Shown piece by piece: positions 24,665 to 39,200 of a DNA stretch of 64,000 nucleotides (positions are counted from its first letter, which is position 1; each line of letters opens with the position of its first letter). Under the pieces are notes generated by a model, which was not told the origin of the DNA, did not search any database, and saw only the letters and a list, made by a program, of their open reading frames with translations. The stretch lies in NCBI RefSeq assembly GCF_000315625.1, contig NW_005434665.1, forward strand, positions 555,220-619,219, given 5' to 3'. Origin of the DNA: Guillardia theta CCMP2712 (lineage: Eukaryota > Protista > Cryptophyta). The position numbers were made by a program, and so were the translations under genes.

Positions 24665-25567
24665 ATGGCGTCCAACCAGAGCATCTGGTCGACGCTGCCG
24701 CCCATCACTGCAGGAGCGCTGTCAACGGCAACCCTCATGTACCCAGTAGATCTTCTCCGTGCCCTCAAGATGTCTGCTGCTGCAGAGGGCAAGGGGGGGT
24801 CCACGGTCACCCTCATCAAGAACTTCTATGCTACTCACGGTCTGAAGGGGTTCGCGACTCAGGGTGTGGTGCCCGAGATGGTTCGAGCCACTTACATGCG
24901 AGTGCTCAAGTTCTTTCTCTTTCCCATCACTCACCAGGCCATGTTCAACAAGCCGGAGAACAAGGGCTCTGGTCTGACGAAGGCCATCGCTGCTGGAGTT
25001 GCATCACTGCCAGAGGGATTCACCATTCAGCCGATCGAGGTGTCCAAGATCGCTCTTCAGCTTGACAAAGAGAAGAAGTTCAACAATCAAGCAGGTGCTG
25101 TTATCAGAGACATCCTCAAGACCCGCGGCTGGACTGGACTCTTTATCGGATATTTTGGAATCCAGTACAGGCAGACCTCGTGGACTGCTGCTTACTTTGC
25201 CAGTCTTCAGTACTTCTCGGAGCAGTCCAAGGCCGTGCTCCCTGCGGACTGGAAGATGACGCAGAATCTTGCAGGAGGCTTTGCTGCCGGCATGTTCGGG
25301 GCGATCTTCAACACCCCGGGTGATGTGATCAGGTCGTCTCAGCAAAAGGCCATTCTTGCCGCCGAGCCGATCAAGCATCCCTTCTCCGTTGGCCTTTGTG
25401 CATCGGGAGTGAAGGACTTCTTCGCGATGGGATCCAAGATCGTTGCTGCCAACGGCATTGGAGGACTTTACATGGGATTCGGGTTTAAGGCCATGCATCT
25501 TGGCGGCAGTGGAGCCTTGCTTGCTATGCTTATCCCTTGGTTCAAGGGAATGATGGGTGTGAAATAA
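24665..25567 (+). CDS. Mitochondrial carrier family (SLC25) protein, intronless
   Basis: Three Px[DE]xx[KR] motifs (PVDLLR, PIEVSK, PGDVIR); 300 aa; TTTATAA ~45 nt upstream of the ATG. Confidence 0.9.
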   Translation: MASNQSIWSTLPPITAGALSTATLMYPVDLLRALKMSAAAEGKGGSTVTLIKNFYATHGLKGFATQGVVPEMVRATYMRVLKFFLFPITHQAMFNKPENKGSGLTKAIAAGVASLPEGFTIQPIEVSKIALQLDKEKKFNNQAGAVIRDILKTRGWTGLFIGYFGIQYRQTSWTAAYFASLQYFSEQSKAVLPADWKMTQNLAGGFAAGMFGAIFNTPGDVIRSSQQKAILAAEPIKHPFSVGLCASGVKDFFAMGSKIVAANGIGGLYMGFGFKAMHLGGSGALLAMLIPWFKGMMGVK

Positions 25568-25875
25568 GTGTTTCTTTTAATTATTGATTTAAGAAAACGT
25601 GTGAAGAAATTTGAAGTGTTCGATGATAATTGTGCTGTCATTGTTTGCACAATAGTTATGTTAGAGCAATGGTCGCTGAAATATCGATGTGGCAAAGTGA
25701 GATAATCTTGCTGGAACTGATCTATTCGCTACAACTTTCGCCCCTCGTACAAAAGACATTAGGATTGAAATTCGATATGTATGGCTGATCGTGCAGATTG
25801 TGGTTGAAATTGCTCGTTTCACTAATTTATTCACTGTCACGATACTAAGATACCAATCTATAAATAACAAACAAA

Positions 25876-27035
<1,160 letters not shown>

Positions 27036-27279
27036 TCTGGGGGAAAACGAATCAGAAAACTTTCAATGTATTTCCGCTCACGAAAAAATCAAACAAGGGA
27101 ACAGATCAGACTGGGCTGTGGGGCCGCACAGGTAGGTAACCAATCACTTAGATGCCATCATGCTTGAGGCCATCGATGCACAAGAAGAAGAAGGCTCCAC
27201 ACATTACACAAACACGTGCATGGCAGAGATGGGCACTCACTTTGCTGGGATAGCGGATGCCGTCGTGGAGGGAGATAAA

Positions 27280-28500
27280 AAAGGGGAAGGGGGACGGGAG
27301 AGTGGGGTGGTTTCCTGGGGAAAGAGGGGTAGAGGTACTCACACGTCTTTCGAGATAGGGTGGAGGGTGCGATGTAATGGGTCATACAAGGAACGGACAG
27401 TTGAATAGGGGGTAGGGGTTAAGTTCTCGAGTAAGAATGACTGGAGCAAGGGTAGGTGAAGGATTATAAAAAGGACGGGTGGTCTGTATTTGCGGCTCAT
27501 ACATTTGTACAATCGAGTGGGTGGGGTAGAATTTAGTGGGTGAGGGTCAGAAGAGTACCGGTGAGAGAATAAACGAGGACCCCGGGTGGGGAGACGATGG
27601 TAGGTACTTCGAAGCAATCGGGGTAGGCAAAGAACTGGTTGGGTACCGAAAATTTCAGGGTAGGGTACTTCGATATTGCATTCGAGATGGGAAATCAGGG
27701 GGTTGGGCAAGCAGATACTTGTGGTGGGGTACCCGATCTCCCTCGTGGGGTGATGCAAATGAGGGGTAGGGTGGTTATAAGGAAGAAGAGGAACGGCGGA
27801 TCAAGTGAGGCGTATGGAGGGGGCAGAAACAAGGGGGTCATCTAGCCAGGGGTAGTAACAGAAGGGGGTAAGGGGTATGCTATACCATTTCTGAAGGGGA
27901 CCTAGGAAATATGGGGTATCTGTAATGGGGTTGATGGGGTAGATTCTCTCAAAGGACTTCTTCATGAGTACGGGTACAGATCTTTCCTATAGGAATGATG
28001 GGGTAGGGTTCAACAGGTAGTGTTTAAGGTAGGTACTGGTTGATTGACAATCCTGTCTTGAGCGAGATGTAGGGGGTGGGTCAAGGGGGTGGTACCGGTA
28101 CGTAATGTTAGTTAATGGAGGCGACGTGGGTCGGTGCTTGCGGATGATGACATCCTACAGGGGTCATAGGGTGTGGCAGAAGCGTAGGGGTGGTTTCATA
28201 TAAAGAAAAGGGGTACAAGTTCGCGTGTGCTGAATTTCCAGGGTTGGGTGTGAAGTCGAAGGGGGTGGTCTTCTCTCTCTGTGCAGTTATAAGTAAGAAT
28301 TGGAGGGGTCCGACACCAATACCACCGGTTGAGATATCTGCAACCCGGTGGTCAATAATAGGGTAGGGTAGGATACTTGTAGATCTATGCCAGGTACAAA
28401 TCCCTGGATTGGGGGCTGCAGGAAAATACGAAACATTTTTTTAGTCAAGTCTGACCCCTACCCTAACAGATCCATGGCAACTGTAGGGGTAGTCGGCCTC
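27280..28500 (+). promoter_or_regulatory. GGGTAG/GGGGT-tract-rich upstream region of GapC1
   Basis: Dozens of GGGGT/GGGTAG words on + and no credible ORF. Same composition upstream of many other genes in the window. Confidence 0.5.
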
Positions 28501-28769
28501 GTACTGAGGCGGATCACGGATGATCACGGGTGGTAGCTTCGAAGAGAATCGAGGGGTCCTCCGTGAGCTCCACGACACCTAAAGCAAAGTCGTGATACCA
28601 CGAACCGCCTCAGTTGTCTGTGTAAACTCTGGGCGTGTGACGTTGAACTTCACTGTCAGTCTCGGAAGTTTCAAGCCTGTTCCAAACTTCAAAAACGGAA
28701 CTTTGCAGCGAACTTCAGTTCCCGGAACGGCGGAAGTTCAGATCAGCCGAGCCACAGTAGCCTGAGTGA

Positions 28770-29350
28770 CTCAGTGAGCCTGTATCGTAGCACGGCGCGG
28801 TCAGTGATCACGGTCAGCACTGCGGCCGGGGGCCGCCGGGCCCCGGGCCGGCGATGCCGCCGGCGCGGGCCGCCGGCCGGCGACTCGGGACGGTCGCGGC
28901 TGAGTCTGGACTCCTCAGCTGGGTCCGAGTCACCCGGCCGGGCCGCGGCCTGCGAGTCCCGGACGGGAGGAGGAGTCCGGACTCCGGCCCGGCCCGATCG
29001 GACAGACTCAGATGATCGGGCCGATCAGATCACGGGAGCCCCCAGGCGGCGGCGGGCCGGCGGCGGGGCGGCAGCGCCCCGAGTCCCGGCCCCCGGACTC
29101 GAGTCGCGGCAGCCCGCGCGCCGGGCGCGGGCGCGGCCCGGGCGGCCGCGGCGGTGGCATCATCATTGGCATGATGCCCGGCCCGGGGCACTGTCAGTCG
29201 CGGCCGCCTGCACGCGGCCGGGCCGCCCGGCGGCGCCAGGGCACCGTGGCAACTTGCCAGCCGGGGCTTCGTGTTGTGTGGCGGCGGTGCCAGACTTAAC
29301 TTGAAGTCAGTGGCCGCGCCTGTGAGATCACACCGGGGCGCGGCCCGGGA
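28770..29350. other. GC-rich intergenic island
   Basis: Same word content as the 8680-9400 island. Confidence 0.7.
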
Positions 29351-29497
29351 AGCTTCAATACCGTTTACAGAAAGGCAATGGTCTGTCAAGCTGCTTCATC
29401 TACAACTTAACTTAGTAACTTTCAGCGTAAACACCGTTGCCCCTTTCAAGGCTGAGCGGCCGGATAGCTCCGATGGCAGCTGAGTGAGGATTTCTGT

Positions 29498-30819
29498 TCA
29501 ATGCGAACTTCCTCCTAACAGCGGCTGGCCACGCAAAAGCCGCATCGTCATCTCGTAACTGTGGAGGCAAGTCATCGGTCCAATCACTTCGGTATGAACA
29601 ACTAATGAGAGTGACTTACGCAACGAAGAGGCATGCGTTGGAAGGAGCAGCCCTAGCCACTGTAAGGCCACATCCACGATAGAGACCAACGATTCCTTCC
29701 GACTTCAACACGTGCAGCAACACTGTGACGACGTTGACTTTGGACCCAACGGGCAACCCGTGTGTTCCTACGGTGAAAAATTAGACGTGGAGGGTAAGAA
29801 CAGCTAATCAAGATAAGAAGTGAAACCAAACACCAACCAGTTTGAATCTTTGACTTGACGACGTCAAATGGGAAGGGAAAGAACCAATAGCTCATTCCCC
29901 CAAGCGCTCCGGCTGCTGCCAATCCCGCTGGATGAACCTGGGTGATTGTGATCAGCGAGGTGAAAATCACGACTACAGTCGAACATCGCTCTTGCTGCCT
30001 CCCTTAGGCGTGAGGAGATACACCCCAAGCTCGTATCCTCCAAACCAAGCAGCATTGCCTGGAACCTACAGCATACTTATGAACACAAGGAGGCAAATGG
30101 CATTTGTCAGACCTCACGGCACAGAGTGCCAACATGCCCATGAAAGAGTGACATCACACCTCCTGTCTTGACTGTCCGAGCCAAACCTTCATCATGATCT
30201 CAGCGGAAAAAATCCAATGTCTTGAACTGTCACATACATTCCCAAGAGTTCTTGTATTTGACAGCTCCTTCGTTTACAGTTTGCATTCTACATTTAATCA
30301 GCTCGACGGGTGTGAGGACGGTTGCAACGCAAGCTCCCGAGAACGATCCGCAGACAAGCTTATACGAGAAGGGAAGCTTGTCTGGATCGTCTCCTGGCTT
30401 TGTCAACATTCTTCGTGCTAGCCCGTATGAACTGAACAGGACAGAGTTCTCCGCCATGGAGCCCAGCAAAGGGGAGGGCAATCCACGGTATCTGACATTC
30501 ACAAAGTTCAGCGACGAGAAGTAGAGGGCAGTCAGAGTTCAAGATAAAGATGATTACAGGGCGAGGAATCCATCGTTCCGGATGGTTCTGCGAAGCAAAG
30601 CTATCGGCGACACCGCCTTCCCATCGATTGCCTGTGTCTGCGCTTGTACCTTGGCAGTATCCAGAGGATATTCAATAAATTTGCACACAAACCCGGCGAC
30701 TGTTCCTGAAATCAACTCGTTTCTGTTGCAAACAAAACAGGAAGAATCGAGATCAGTGAAAGACGAACTGCGACCGTACAAACTTACCTGTTCTTTACTG
30801 CCTCGCTTTCTTCGGCCAT
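29498..30819 (-). CDS. Mitochondrial carrier, ornithine/basic amino acid/carnitine-type (SLC25A15/A29-like)
   Basis: YPLDTAKV, TPVELIKCRMQ, FPFDVVKSKIQ; YRGLPSPLLGSMAENSVLF; RE at contact point II (LCRE|VPGNAAWF); multi-exon. Confidence 0.88.
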
Positions 30820-31705
30820 GAAATGTGAGGAGGTAGGACTGCCAAGAAATGCAAGTCAAGCAAAGACAGCATTTGCAAGTATATTGGCAAGATCTTATCG
30901 AATCAAAGATATGGATTACAATCCTCTCGAAAAAATTCCTTCAACATCAGACACAAAATCGGAAGATGGACATCAAGCGCAATGAACCATGCAAGGTCCG
31001 ATATACTTCTACGGCAGATTCCAGCTGCAAGAGAAGCATGGCAAACGATACAACAAAAGAGTTTGCTACAAAAGCAAGGAAACCAACATAGGCGATACAA
31101 ATATGTAACGTGAGGGCGCAGGAATCGAAAAGTCATAGTAAGATTTGCACGTGTTTGGAGAGGGAAACTGCAAGGCTCTGATGCATGCAGAAACAAGGCA
31201 GTCACTGACTGAAATACACCTTGCAGACATTCGTATTTGTATTCATATACGAGAAGAAACGATTTGCTCCACACCAGAGTCAAAAGCACGCTCACATCTT
31301 ACATTCCCCCACTCGGCCCCAATTTCATCCCTCCCCTCTCCAGCCTCAGGCATTCCCTTCTCTACGCATTTTAGCGTGTCAGCCTCGTCCTGATCTCTTA
31401 CACTAGCATCAAAGCATCTTCGCGCATGAAAGTTCCCGAGCGCGTTCTCTCTCTCCCTCTCTTCTCCCCCCCCCTCCACCCTCCCGCAGGTATGCATGGG
31501 CACCCGCAGGGGATCCTACGACCCTTACAATGTTTTTATTGGCTTGAGTGACACATGACCCCCGGCGGCCGGTGGGCCGCCGGGGGCCGCCGGGACTCAC
31601 TGAGTCAGGCCCAAGTAGGGACGGTCGGGGGCACGACCAAGTGGTCCGATCAGCATCGGGGCCGCTCGGCCCGTTGTGGCTGGCCCGGGCTGAACCGGCG
31701 GATCA

Positions 31706-33387
31706 TTATCTTTTCTTGTATTGACAAGCTTTTAGTGATGGCGGATTAAGTTCTGCAGCACAAGGTTGGTTCTGCATTGAAGTAAATTCATCTCGTCATG
31801 GAGAATATCTAAGCTTCGCACCTTAGTGAGATAGAACATGACAAACATCTTGTTCGATTTGTCCATATTGTCCAGAACAAATCCCATCTCCTGATCAAGG
31901 AACCCCAAAGTCAAATGTGAACTGATGGATCCGCAAGATTGGAATCGGTAGCACCTTGAGCATCTCGACGAATTCATCTAAGACATGTTCCAACCTTGAT
32001 CTGACCTCAGCAACCAGAACTTTGCCACCCTTCACCACAATCCTATGCGCCTCTCTGTTTACATTAGGTCAGGTGATGTTGGCACTCATTTTCAGAGACT
32101 AACTTTAGAAAGTCGACGTAGTTGGTACCCATCAGGGCAAGAGAAAGAACAACTGCATTCACAGAAGAATCCTTCAAGGGAACATGCGCTATATCACAAG
32201 CAACGACGCATGGATCCTTCGAGATGAGGTCGAAGCTGCAAGACAAGGGTTCAAAATGAATGATCTCCTCACACGATGCCAGTCGAACAAAAAGGAAACA
32301 GACAAACAAAGAACCTGTGAACTTTGTTTGGTAACGTCTTAGCGATCTGTGCATCTCCGCAGCCCAAATCCGCGACTTTCCACTTTGGATACTTCTTGAG
32401 GTATTTGATGATCACATTCACAGGGTTGACTGGCCACCTGCGATTGCTTGTCTCAGATGATTGAGGATTCGATTGAAGGGATCACTTCTTGGTTTGTTCA
32501 CGAAATCCCTCGTGGTAAGAATCAAACAGCGATGGGTCTGTCTTCATCATGGACACAGCATGTTGAGACGACGTGGAGTAGAGCTGAAACACTATCAAGC
32601 AAACATCATAGACGGCCGTTGCTGCTAACCTCTTCATTCAACATCCGGAAATGCGAACCTTGAAGCTTCTTGAACATCTTCATCTGGGGCTGCTTTACTC
32701 TTCATCACACTGAGTATACAACAGACCTGCATTGGAGACAGATCTGGATTAGAACGGAAATTCCCCAGAGACCTAAAAGGAAATTTGGATCCCTCTGCGA
32801 CATCGGGGATGAGCATGTTGGCAATACTTAAGTCTGCATTCTGTTGAGCTGAAGTCAGTCCCTCTTCAAAGATCACCTTCTACATTCACCGTCATCTTTC
32901 GGGATTGCTCGTTGGGCTTGGCAACCGGAGCAACTCTTTGCTTTTTACGCTCTGGAGCTATCACTGGGCTTTCTGGTGCTTTTCGTTCCCCTACTTCGGT
33001 TTCGTTCGAAGGCTTGAATTTATTCCGATTCCGATTCCTCTTCCTCTTCAACGTTTTTTTAGCTTGAGAAGCTTCTTGTTTCTCTTGGAGGGCATTATGG
33101 GCAGCATTGCTAAGAATTGCAGCCCTCTCAGCTTGAGCCTTCTCCACATTTTCCACTGCCACCTTCTCGGCCTGATCTTTCTTCCCTTTCTCCCCGAACG
33201 AGTTGTCCTTCCGTGTAGAATCCACTCTTTGTGCCTGAGGCTTGTTCCCGACCTTCGACTTCTTTCCTGCAAATCCTTCTTTTGTTGTCACTATCTTTGC
33301 ATTGTTCGCCTTTGGGTTTGTAGTGGTAGGGCTGTTCGATGAAGGTGCGTCGTCCCAATCGGGGACTTGTAAGTTAAGTCCCTTCAT
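31706..33387 (-). CDS. RRP8: Ribosomal RNA methyltransferase RRP8/nucleomethylin
   Basis: LQGSHFRMLNE, YHEGFR..WPVNPV, VADLGCGDA, CDIAHVPL, LALMGTN, AEVRSR and C-terminal LKACQYKKR*. Confidence 0.92.
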
Positions 33388-34501
33388 ATTTGGTGTATCC
33401 TTGAAGGTGCAACCTGTGCTTGGAAGAGACTTTCCAGTATACGGCGTGCCCTGAACAAAGTCTTGGAAGGAAATGCTGAAACTGAAGGCTAGGATGAGCA
33501 AGTTGGCAAGGCAGGATGAAGTCGGAATCTTGACGATATTGAGCTGACCTTGACCGAGCTTGCCTTCGTTTAGCTTTACGTGAGTTTCTTGCTCTCCTCG
33601 GGTCTCTGTGCTGTGGCTCAAACTTAAATTCTCTCTTTCTCCTGGCCCCTACCGCTCTCTCCTCTCTACTCTGCTGCTGCCTCCAGCAAGCCTCCAGTTT
33701 CGCTCGCTTGCCCGCTCCGCATGTGCAAATTGCATCCCTCCCCATACCGACCACCCCCAGTCGAATCACCCCTTTATTTCCATGTAGATACCATAGTAAA
33801 AGGGGGTTCATAAATTCTCCGAGGACCTCTCCTTAGCAGTCACTTGTAATGGAAAAAGACGGGTGGGGTACTGAAACGCACCCTGCGCAATTTGTTTAAT
33901 GATCTGGTGAAATATTCATTCATATAATGAATTTATCTCAGAAATATTCATCGCTATCTGAAATGTGCCCCTGAATCCCGGCAGCGCGGCAGCACAGCCC
34001 CTGCATTGCGGCACGGAGTGGCGGCGGCGCATGCACGCGAGGAGACGGGAGGAGGAGGAGATCTAGCGCATGCTTGGCATATAGAGGTTGGATCGGATGT
34101 ATTTGCAGGAGGACAGGGTCCCCGCGACTCTCTCGTATAAAGCGCACTTCCATGGGAGTTGGCGAGCATGAAGGGCTGGAATTAAAGCATGCCTGTATCA
34201 GCATGATATGCTTTGATTTTCTTAGTGGAGGGTCGGTTGCAGCTGCAAGTGAGGGCGAGGCTTGGAACATACCGCTTTCCGTCTTGCCCCTGAAGTTACG
34301 GTGCTAGAAGAATGTCAACTAGGGAGTTTTGATATGGAGCGTGCCTGAGGAGGGATCGCAGTAGGAGTTGTTGGTCTCTCGGAGTCCATTGTATAACCAT
34401 GCGCGTGGATTGCTATTGTTTGTGTGGATGCCGGCTAGCTGGATCCAGACATCTTGTGGGCATTCTGCAGCGAAATGTGAGTTGTGCGGACGCAGGCGAC
34501 C

Positions 34502-35752
34502 ATGGCGCGAATCTACGTTGGCAACCTCCCCCTTGACATCAGAACAAGTGAGTGGAATCATCTCCTTGGCACTGGAGGAGGAAGCCCTTTTGACATTGTG
34601 CTGGTTAGGAGATATTGAAGATCTGTTTTACAAGTACGCAGCCTCCCAAGTGGATTCTTGAGTCAATCTCAACACTGAATCTCTTGACCTCTAGATATGG
34701 GAGAATCCGTGACATTGAAGTGAAAACTCCTAATCGCCCACCTGCATTTGCATTCGTTTCCTTTGAAGACTACCGTGATGCTGAGGACGCCATCCGTGGC
34801 AGAGGTTGGTGTTTGCACCAGAGATGTCGGCAGCCTGACAAGGGTGAACAGATGGTATCTCGTTCGAGGGAGCCAGACTTCGATGTGAAATGTCGCGAGG
34901 AAGTGTGTCTTTCCTTTGAGAGCATGGCTTAAGTATGCTGATCTGGTCATGAAGGTGGAGGAGGACGCTATAATGATCGTGGAGGCGATCGTGGTGGCGA
35001 TCGTGGTGGCGATCGTGGTGCTTGTTCAGGATGTTTGACCTTGGTATCTGACCCTTTCCAGATGGACCTCGAGGTTCGAGACAACAGCCTCGCCGCGATC
35101 TCAGGAGATCCGACTATCGAGTGATTGTCTCCAATCTCCCCCCGTCTGCATCATGGCAGGATCTGAAGGACCACTTCCGCCAGGTTCAGTTTTGAATATG
35201 CGCTTGTTCGCTGTGACATTGGTTGACAGGTCGGCGAGGTCGTTTACACGGATGTCGACAGGTCTTTAAAGAGCAGTAGAGGCAGAAGTTCAAATGTTGA
35301 GTCTTCTGCAGGAGAGGTGGAGGAATCGTGGAATTTGCCTCCCGATCTGAGCAAGAGGCTGCGATCAAGCAGCTTGACGACACGGAGTTCAAGAACCCAT
35401 TCGACAAAGTCTACATCCGCGTGAAAGCTCCCAAGGACCAAGGCTCCAAGTCCCGCTCCAGGTCGCGTTCCCGCTCCAAGTCAAAGTCGAGGTCTCGATC
35501 AAGGTCTCGCGATGGAAGGTTCGGATGCTTGCACTCTTGCTGCTGCTGTTGACTGCTGCTGGCAGGGATCGCTCAGCGTCACGGAGCAAGAGCCCTCCAA
35601 GGCGCGAACGAAGTGACGATGGCGAAGACGCAGCCAAGGACAAGCCGGAAGAAGATCGCAAGGACCCTGAGGAAAAGGACGGTGGCGATGACCAGGCAGA
35701 GAATGCAGCAGATGATGCCCCCAAGGAAGCCTCTGGGGAGAATGACGCCTAA
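34502..35752 (+). CDS. SR splicing factor, SRSF1 (ASF/SF2)-like
   Basis: RRM1 [34 protein letters not shown]; pseudo-RRM2 with [10 protein letters not shown]; RS tail; about 8 short introns. Confidence 0.92.
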
Positions 35753-36119
35753 GTGCGAGTGGGTTTCGCTCCAATGCCGTAGAGTGCACCTCATCGAAGG
35801 CAGTAACGTCGCGCTAAAACAGCGTTCATACTTGCGGCTCCTGATGATCAGTTGGTTACGCCATTGTAATTTCCTGCATCAACAGGAATTAAAACTATTA
35901 CCTTATTGGAACGCTTTTACAGCCTCCTCAGTGTGCGCGCTGCTATCTTCTTTGCGCACTTACTTCATGTCCATGCTCTCCTTCGTTCTGCCTGTCAACT
36001 CAATTCCTCTCACCTTCGCTTCATCTCGTCACACTGCATCGTCTCCTGGCGTCAATTACCAGCAGCTACGTAGGTCCTCCGGGTTGAGGTTTTACCACGC
36101 CGGTTTACGGAAAGGGGGA

Positions 36120-36186
36120 GGGCAGGAGGGCAGGAGGGCAGGAGGGCAGGAGGGCAGGAGGGCAGGAGGGCAGGAGGGCAGGAGGG
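36120..36186 (+). repeat. (GGGCAGGAG)n 9-mer tandem repeat
   Basis: Direct inspection. Confidence 0.9.
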
Positions 36187-36237
36187 CGGGTAGGGTCCAA
36201 GGAGCGACAGCAGGAGTGAAGTGAGCGAAGTGCAACC

Positions 36238-39200
36238 ATGAATGGAGAAGAAACGGAGAAGGTCAACAAGAGGACAAGGTCATCAAGCTTGAAGACTGGA
36301 TCGATGGAGTTCGACAGTTCCATTCGATCTCTCCAGGAAGCATTCTTCTTAAGCGATCAGGAGGTAAAGTAGCTTCATGGTTCATGCGGTATCAACTCAG
36401 ACGCTTTCAGATTCAAAACTACATCTCCAGCTTCCAGAAGTATGACGCGGACAAGAGCGGCGACATTGACGGGGATGAGATTGCCCGCGTGTTCCAAGAC
36501 CTCGGCCTTCACCTTGACGAGACGGAGATCAATGACATCTTGGCGGATGTAGATGTGGATGGAAGCGGCAGTGTTGGACTTGATGAGTTCGTCTGATCCT
36601 CTCATGTCCTTGTCTTATGCTCGCGCTCTCAGGTACATCGCCTTGCTCTCGGACCCTGACGGCCCGCTTGCTGAAACGTTCAAGCACCAAGCGCACAAGA
36701 GCTTCGTGGATCCAAGACAGGTAGAGGAAGAAGAATGCATCAAAACCTGTGTGAGCATGTACAGGCACGATTGAAGCGAAGATTTCTAGAGACAAAGTGG
36801 AGAAGAAATCTCAAGGCGATCAGAAATCGAGCAAACTTCATAATCCGGTCAAAGCTGAGAGCTTCAGGTTTCTCTGCCAACGAGCATGGGAGGAGAGGAT
36901 GGGCCGGAGGAGCAGGTTGTATCCCCCACCATATCATTCGCTGGATCCTCTCTGAGTCGCACGAGCAGGGGTGGGATCGGTCGACATGAGCAGCGATGGT
37001 TCACTCATCGCAGCTTGCGACTCAGGGGGCAGGGCTCTCGTCCTCAAGAAGCTTCTTTCCCAGCAGCACATCATGCATTGCCTCTCCGACTGGCAGGATG
37101 AATCCGAGGCAGATGTTGACGAGCGGGTGCCCTATGTGTTCCTTCCGCATGCTCAGCTCTTCCATGGGCACACTGTCAGCTCAGTCAAGTGGTCAGAGGC
37201 TGCAGAGGAGCGCATGCTCGCCTGCGGGTGTGTTGACGGCAGGATCAGAGTGTGGAGGCCAGTAGAGGAGGGTTACGTGAGGGTGACGATTATGTCCTTG
37301 GAGTCGGACAGCCTCTCGCGCTCGAGCTATCCCGTGTACGCCCTGTGCAACATCGGGAGCCAACGGGTGTACGTGCATGGGATAGACGAGGGATCGATCG
37401 ACGAGGAGAGACTCTCCCACACCTTTCAGGTCCACAATGGCGACCAGACTCTCAACGTCTTGGTCTACCAGCAGAGGATGAAGCCTGTCGAGGTCAAGCT
37501 GGAGCTTTCCTCTCCCACCTCCCCTGGGAGCTTCGGGGACAGCGGGGAGGGGGATGTGGCCTCTCCTCCCCCGGGTCAGAAAAGTGATCAGCAGCAAGCG
37601 CAGCAGCAGACTCTCGTCGGCAAGACGTACAAGGCGAGGCTCTACGACAGAGTCGTCGTCTCCGATGACTTCCGGGAGCAGTACCGCGATCCCTCGGCCG
37701 GGCGGGTCGGGACGATAGTCGCGATCCATCTCGGGGGTTATGAGTGCACGGTAGAGTGGGATGGAGGGGCGTCGGAGTCTCGTCCTCAGACGAGAGACAC
37801 GCACGTGTCCGAGGGAGATCTTGAGCTGCTTGAGGACTTCCCGTCCGCTACCAAAGGTGCTCTTCCGACGGGGCTCGGAGAAAAGGGAAGGGTCGGCAGC
37901 GGCAGAGCTGTCTATGCTCTTGCTCTACACAGCGTAGCGACTGCGAGGATAAGCGTTGGGGTCAGTCGGTGCATCAGGGAGACTGAGAGGTCAGAAGCGT
38001 TCGATGGCTTCTGGGAGGATCTTGAGCTGATGGCTACCAACACGTCAGAGAGGAACATTGTCGAGGCGAGAGTGGAGAAGATCAAAGTGCGAGCGGTGCT
38101 GGCTGCTCCAAGTTGCGTGTGGGAATACTGCGAGAGCGACGGACGACACGAGCAGGAGGTTGTGGAAGTTTCTTTCGTCAAGTTCGACGACGAGCACCAT
38201 CACCTCCTCTCAACTTCGATCGACGGGCAGAGTCGGTTATGGCGATGGAAGTGGAAAGCCAACGCGATAGGAACTGAGAGGGACAAGCTTGTGTCCATTT
38301 TCGACAAGTCAGCCAAGCAAGATCTCGATGAAGAGTCGAAGGTGAGCAAGTCTTCGGGCTCTGGAGAGGAAGAAAGGAAGATGAGCCATCACGACATGTC
38401 CACGTTGAGGCTGAGCAAGCGGAGCAGCAGCAGGTCGGCAACGGCCAACTCGTCGAGGAGCTTCGAGACGACGATGCAGGTGACTTTCGCTTCGCCTCTT
38501 CCTCGTGGCGCTGACTGTCGTCAAGCCTGAAATGCCTTCCTTCGATGCTCTCCGCGAGTACGCCAGTCTGGGGTATCACATAGAGAACGGGAAGCTGCAG
38601 CTGCTCAGCTCCTACTCTGCTGCTCTTGAACCTTCCGCGAGATTGACGGAGGTGAGGGTGGGGAGACCAGCGAGCATGCAGGCAGAAGCGGAGGAACTAC
38701 TGCTCAGTTGCTCGGACGGTTCTACTCTCATCTATGGTGCGATGCCAGGCCCCGCCATGAAGGTTGTGATGTGACATGTTGGACCCAGGCATGTCCGCCC
38801 GAGGGCCGGACCGTCCTCTCGCCTCTCCCGAGTAAGTGTCGCGCCTCAGAACATGCTTCAGAGCAGTGATGGCGTTCATAGGACGTTCTTTTCTCAGTGG
38901 GAGCAGCGTCACTCAGTCAGATCCGAAGATTCGACACGAGGGTAGCTCAGCTCTTGCTGGACTAGTACTGCACTGAGAGCATGAGCTCAGGCGAGGATGC
39001 AGCGTATTTGCCGCGACCTCCTCAGACGGGGAGTTGCTGGCTCAAGGCAGCGACAACCTCCTGCTCCTCTGGCAGCGTTTGGTGCTGCTCTCTCTCATCC
39101 TGGTGCCGTGGTTGCCCCGCACTGACCTGCCTCAGCGGGACAGGGAGGACGGAGAGACATGGAGGAGGAGCTGTAAACTTCAAGGACACTGGTACTTGTG

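Noticed and set aside
33895-33965. Possible C/D-box snoRNA between RRP8 and the SR gene
   Set aside because: The C box is poor (ATGATCT) and I could not recognise an rRNA guide.
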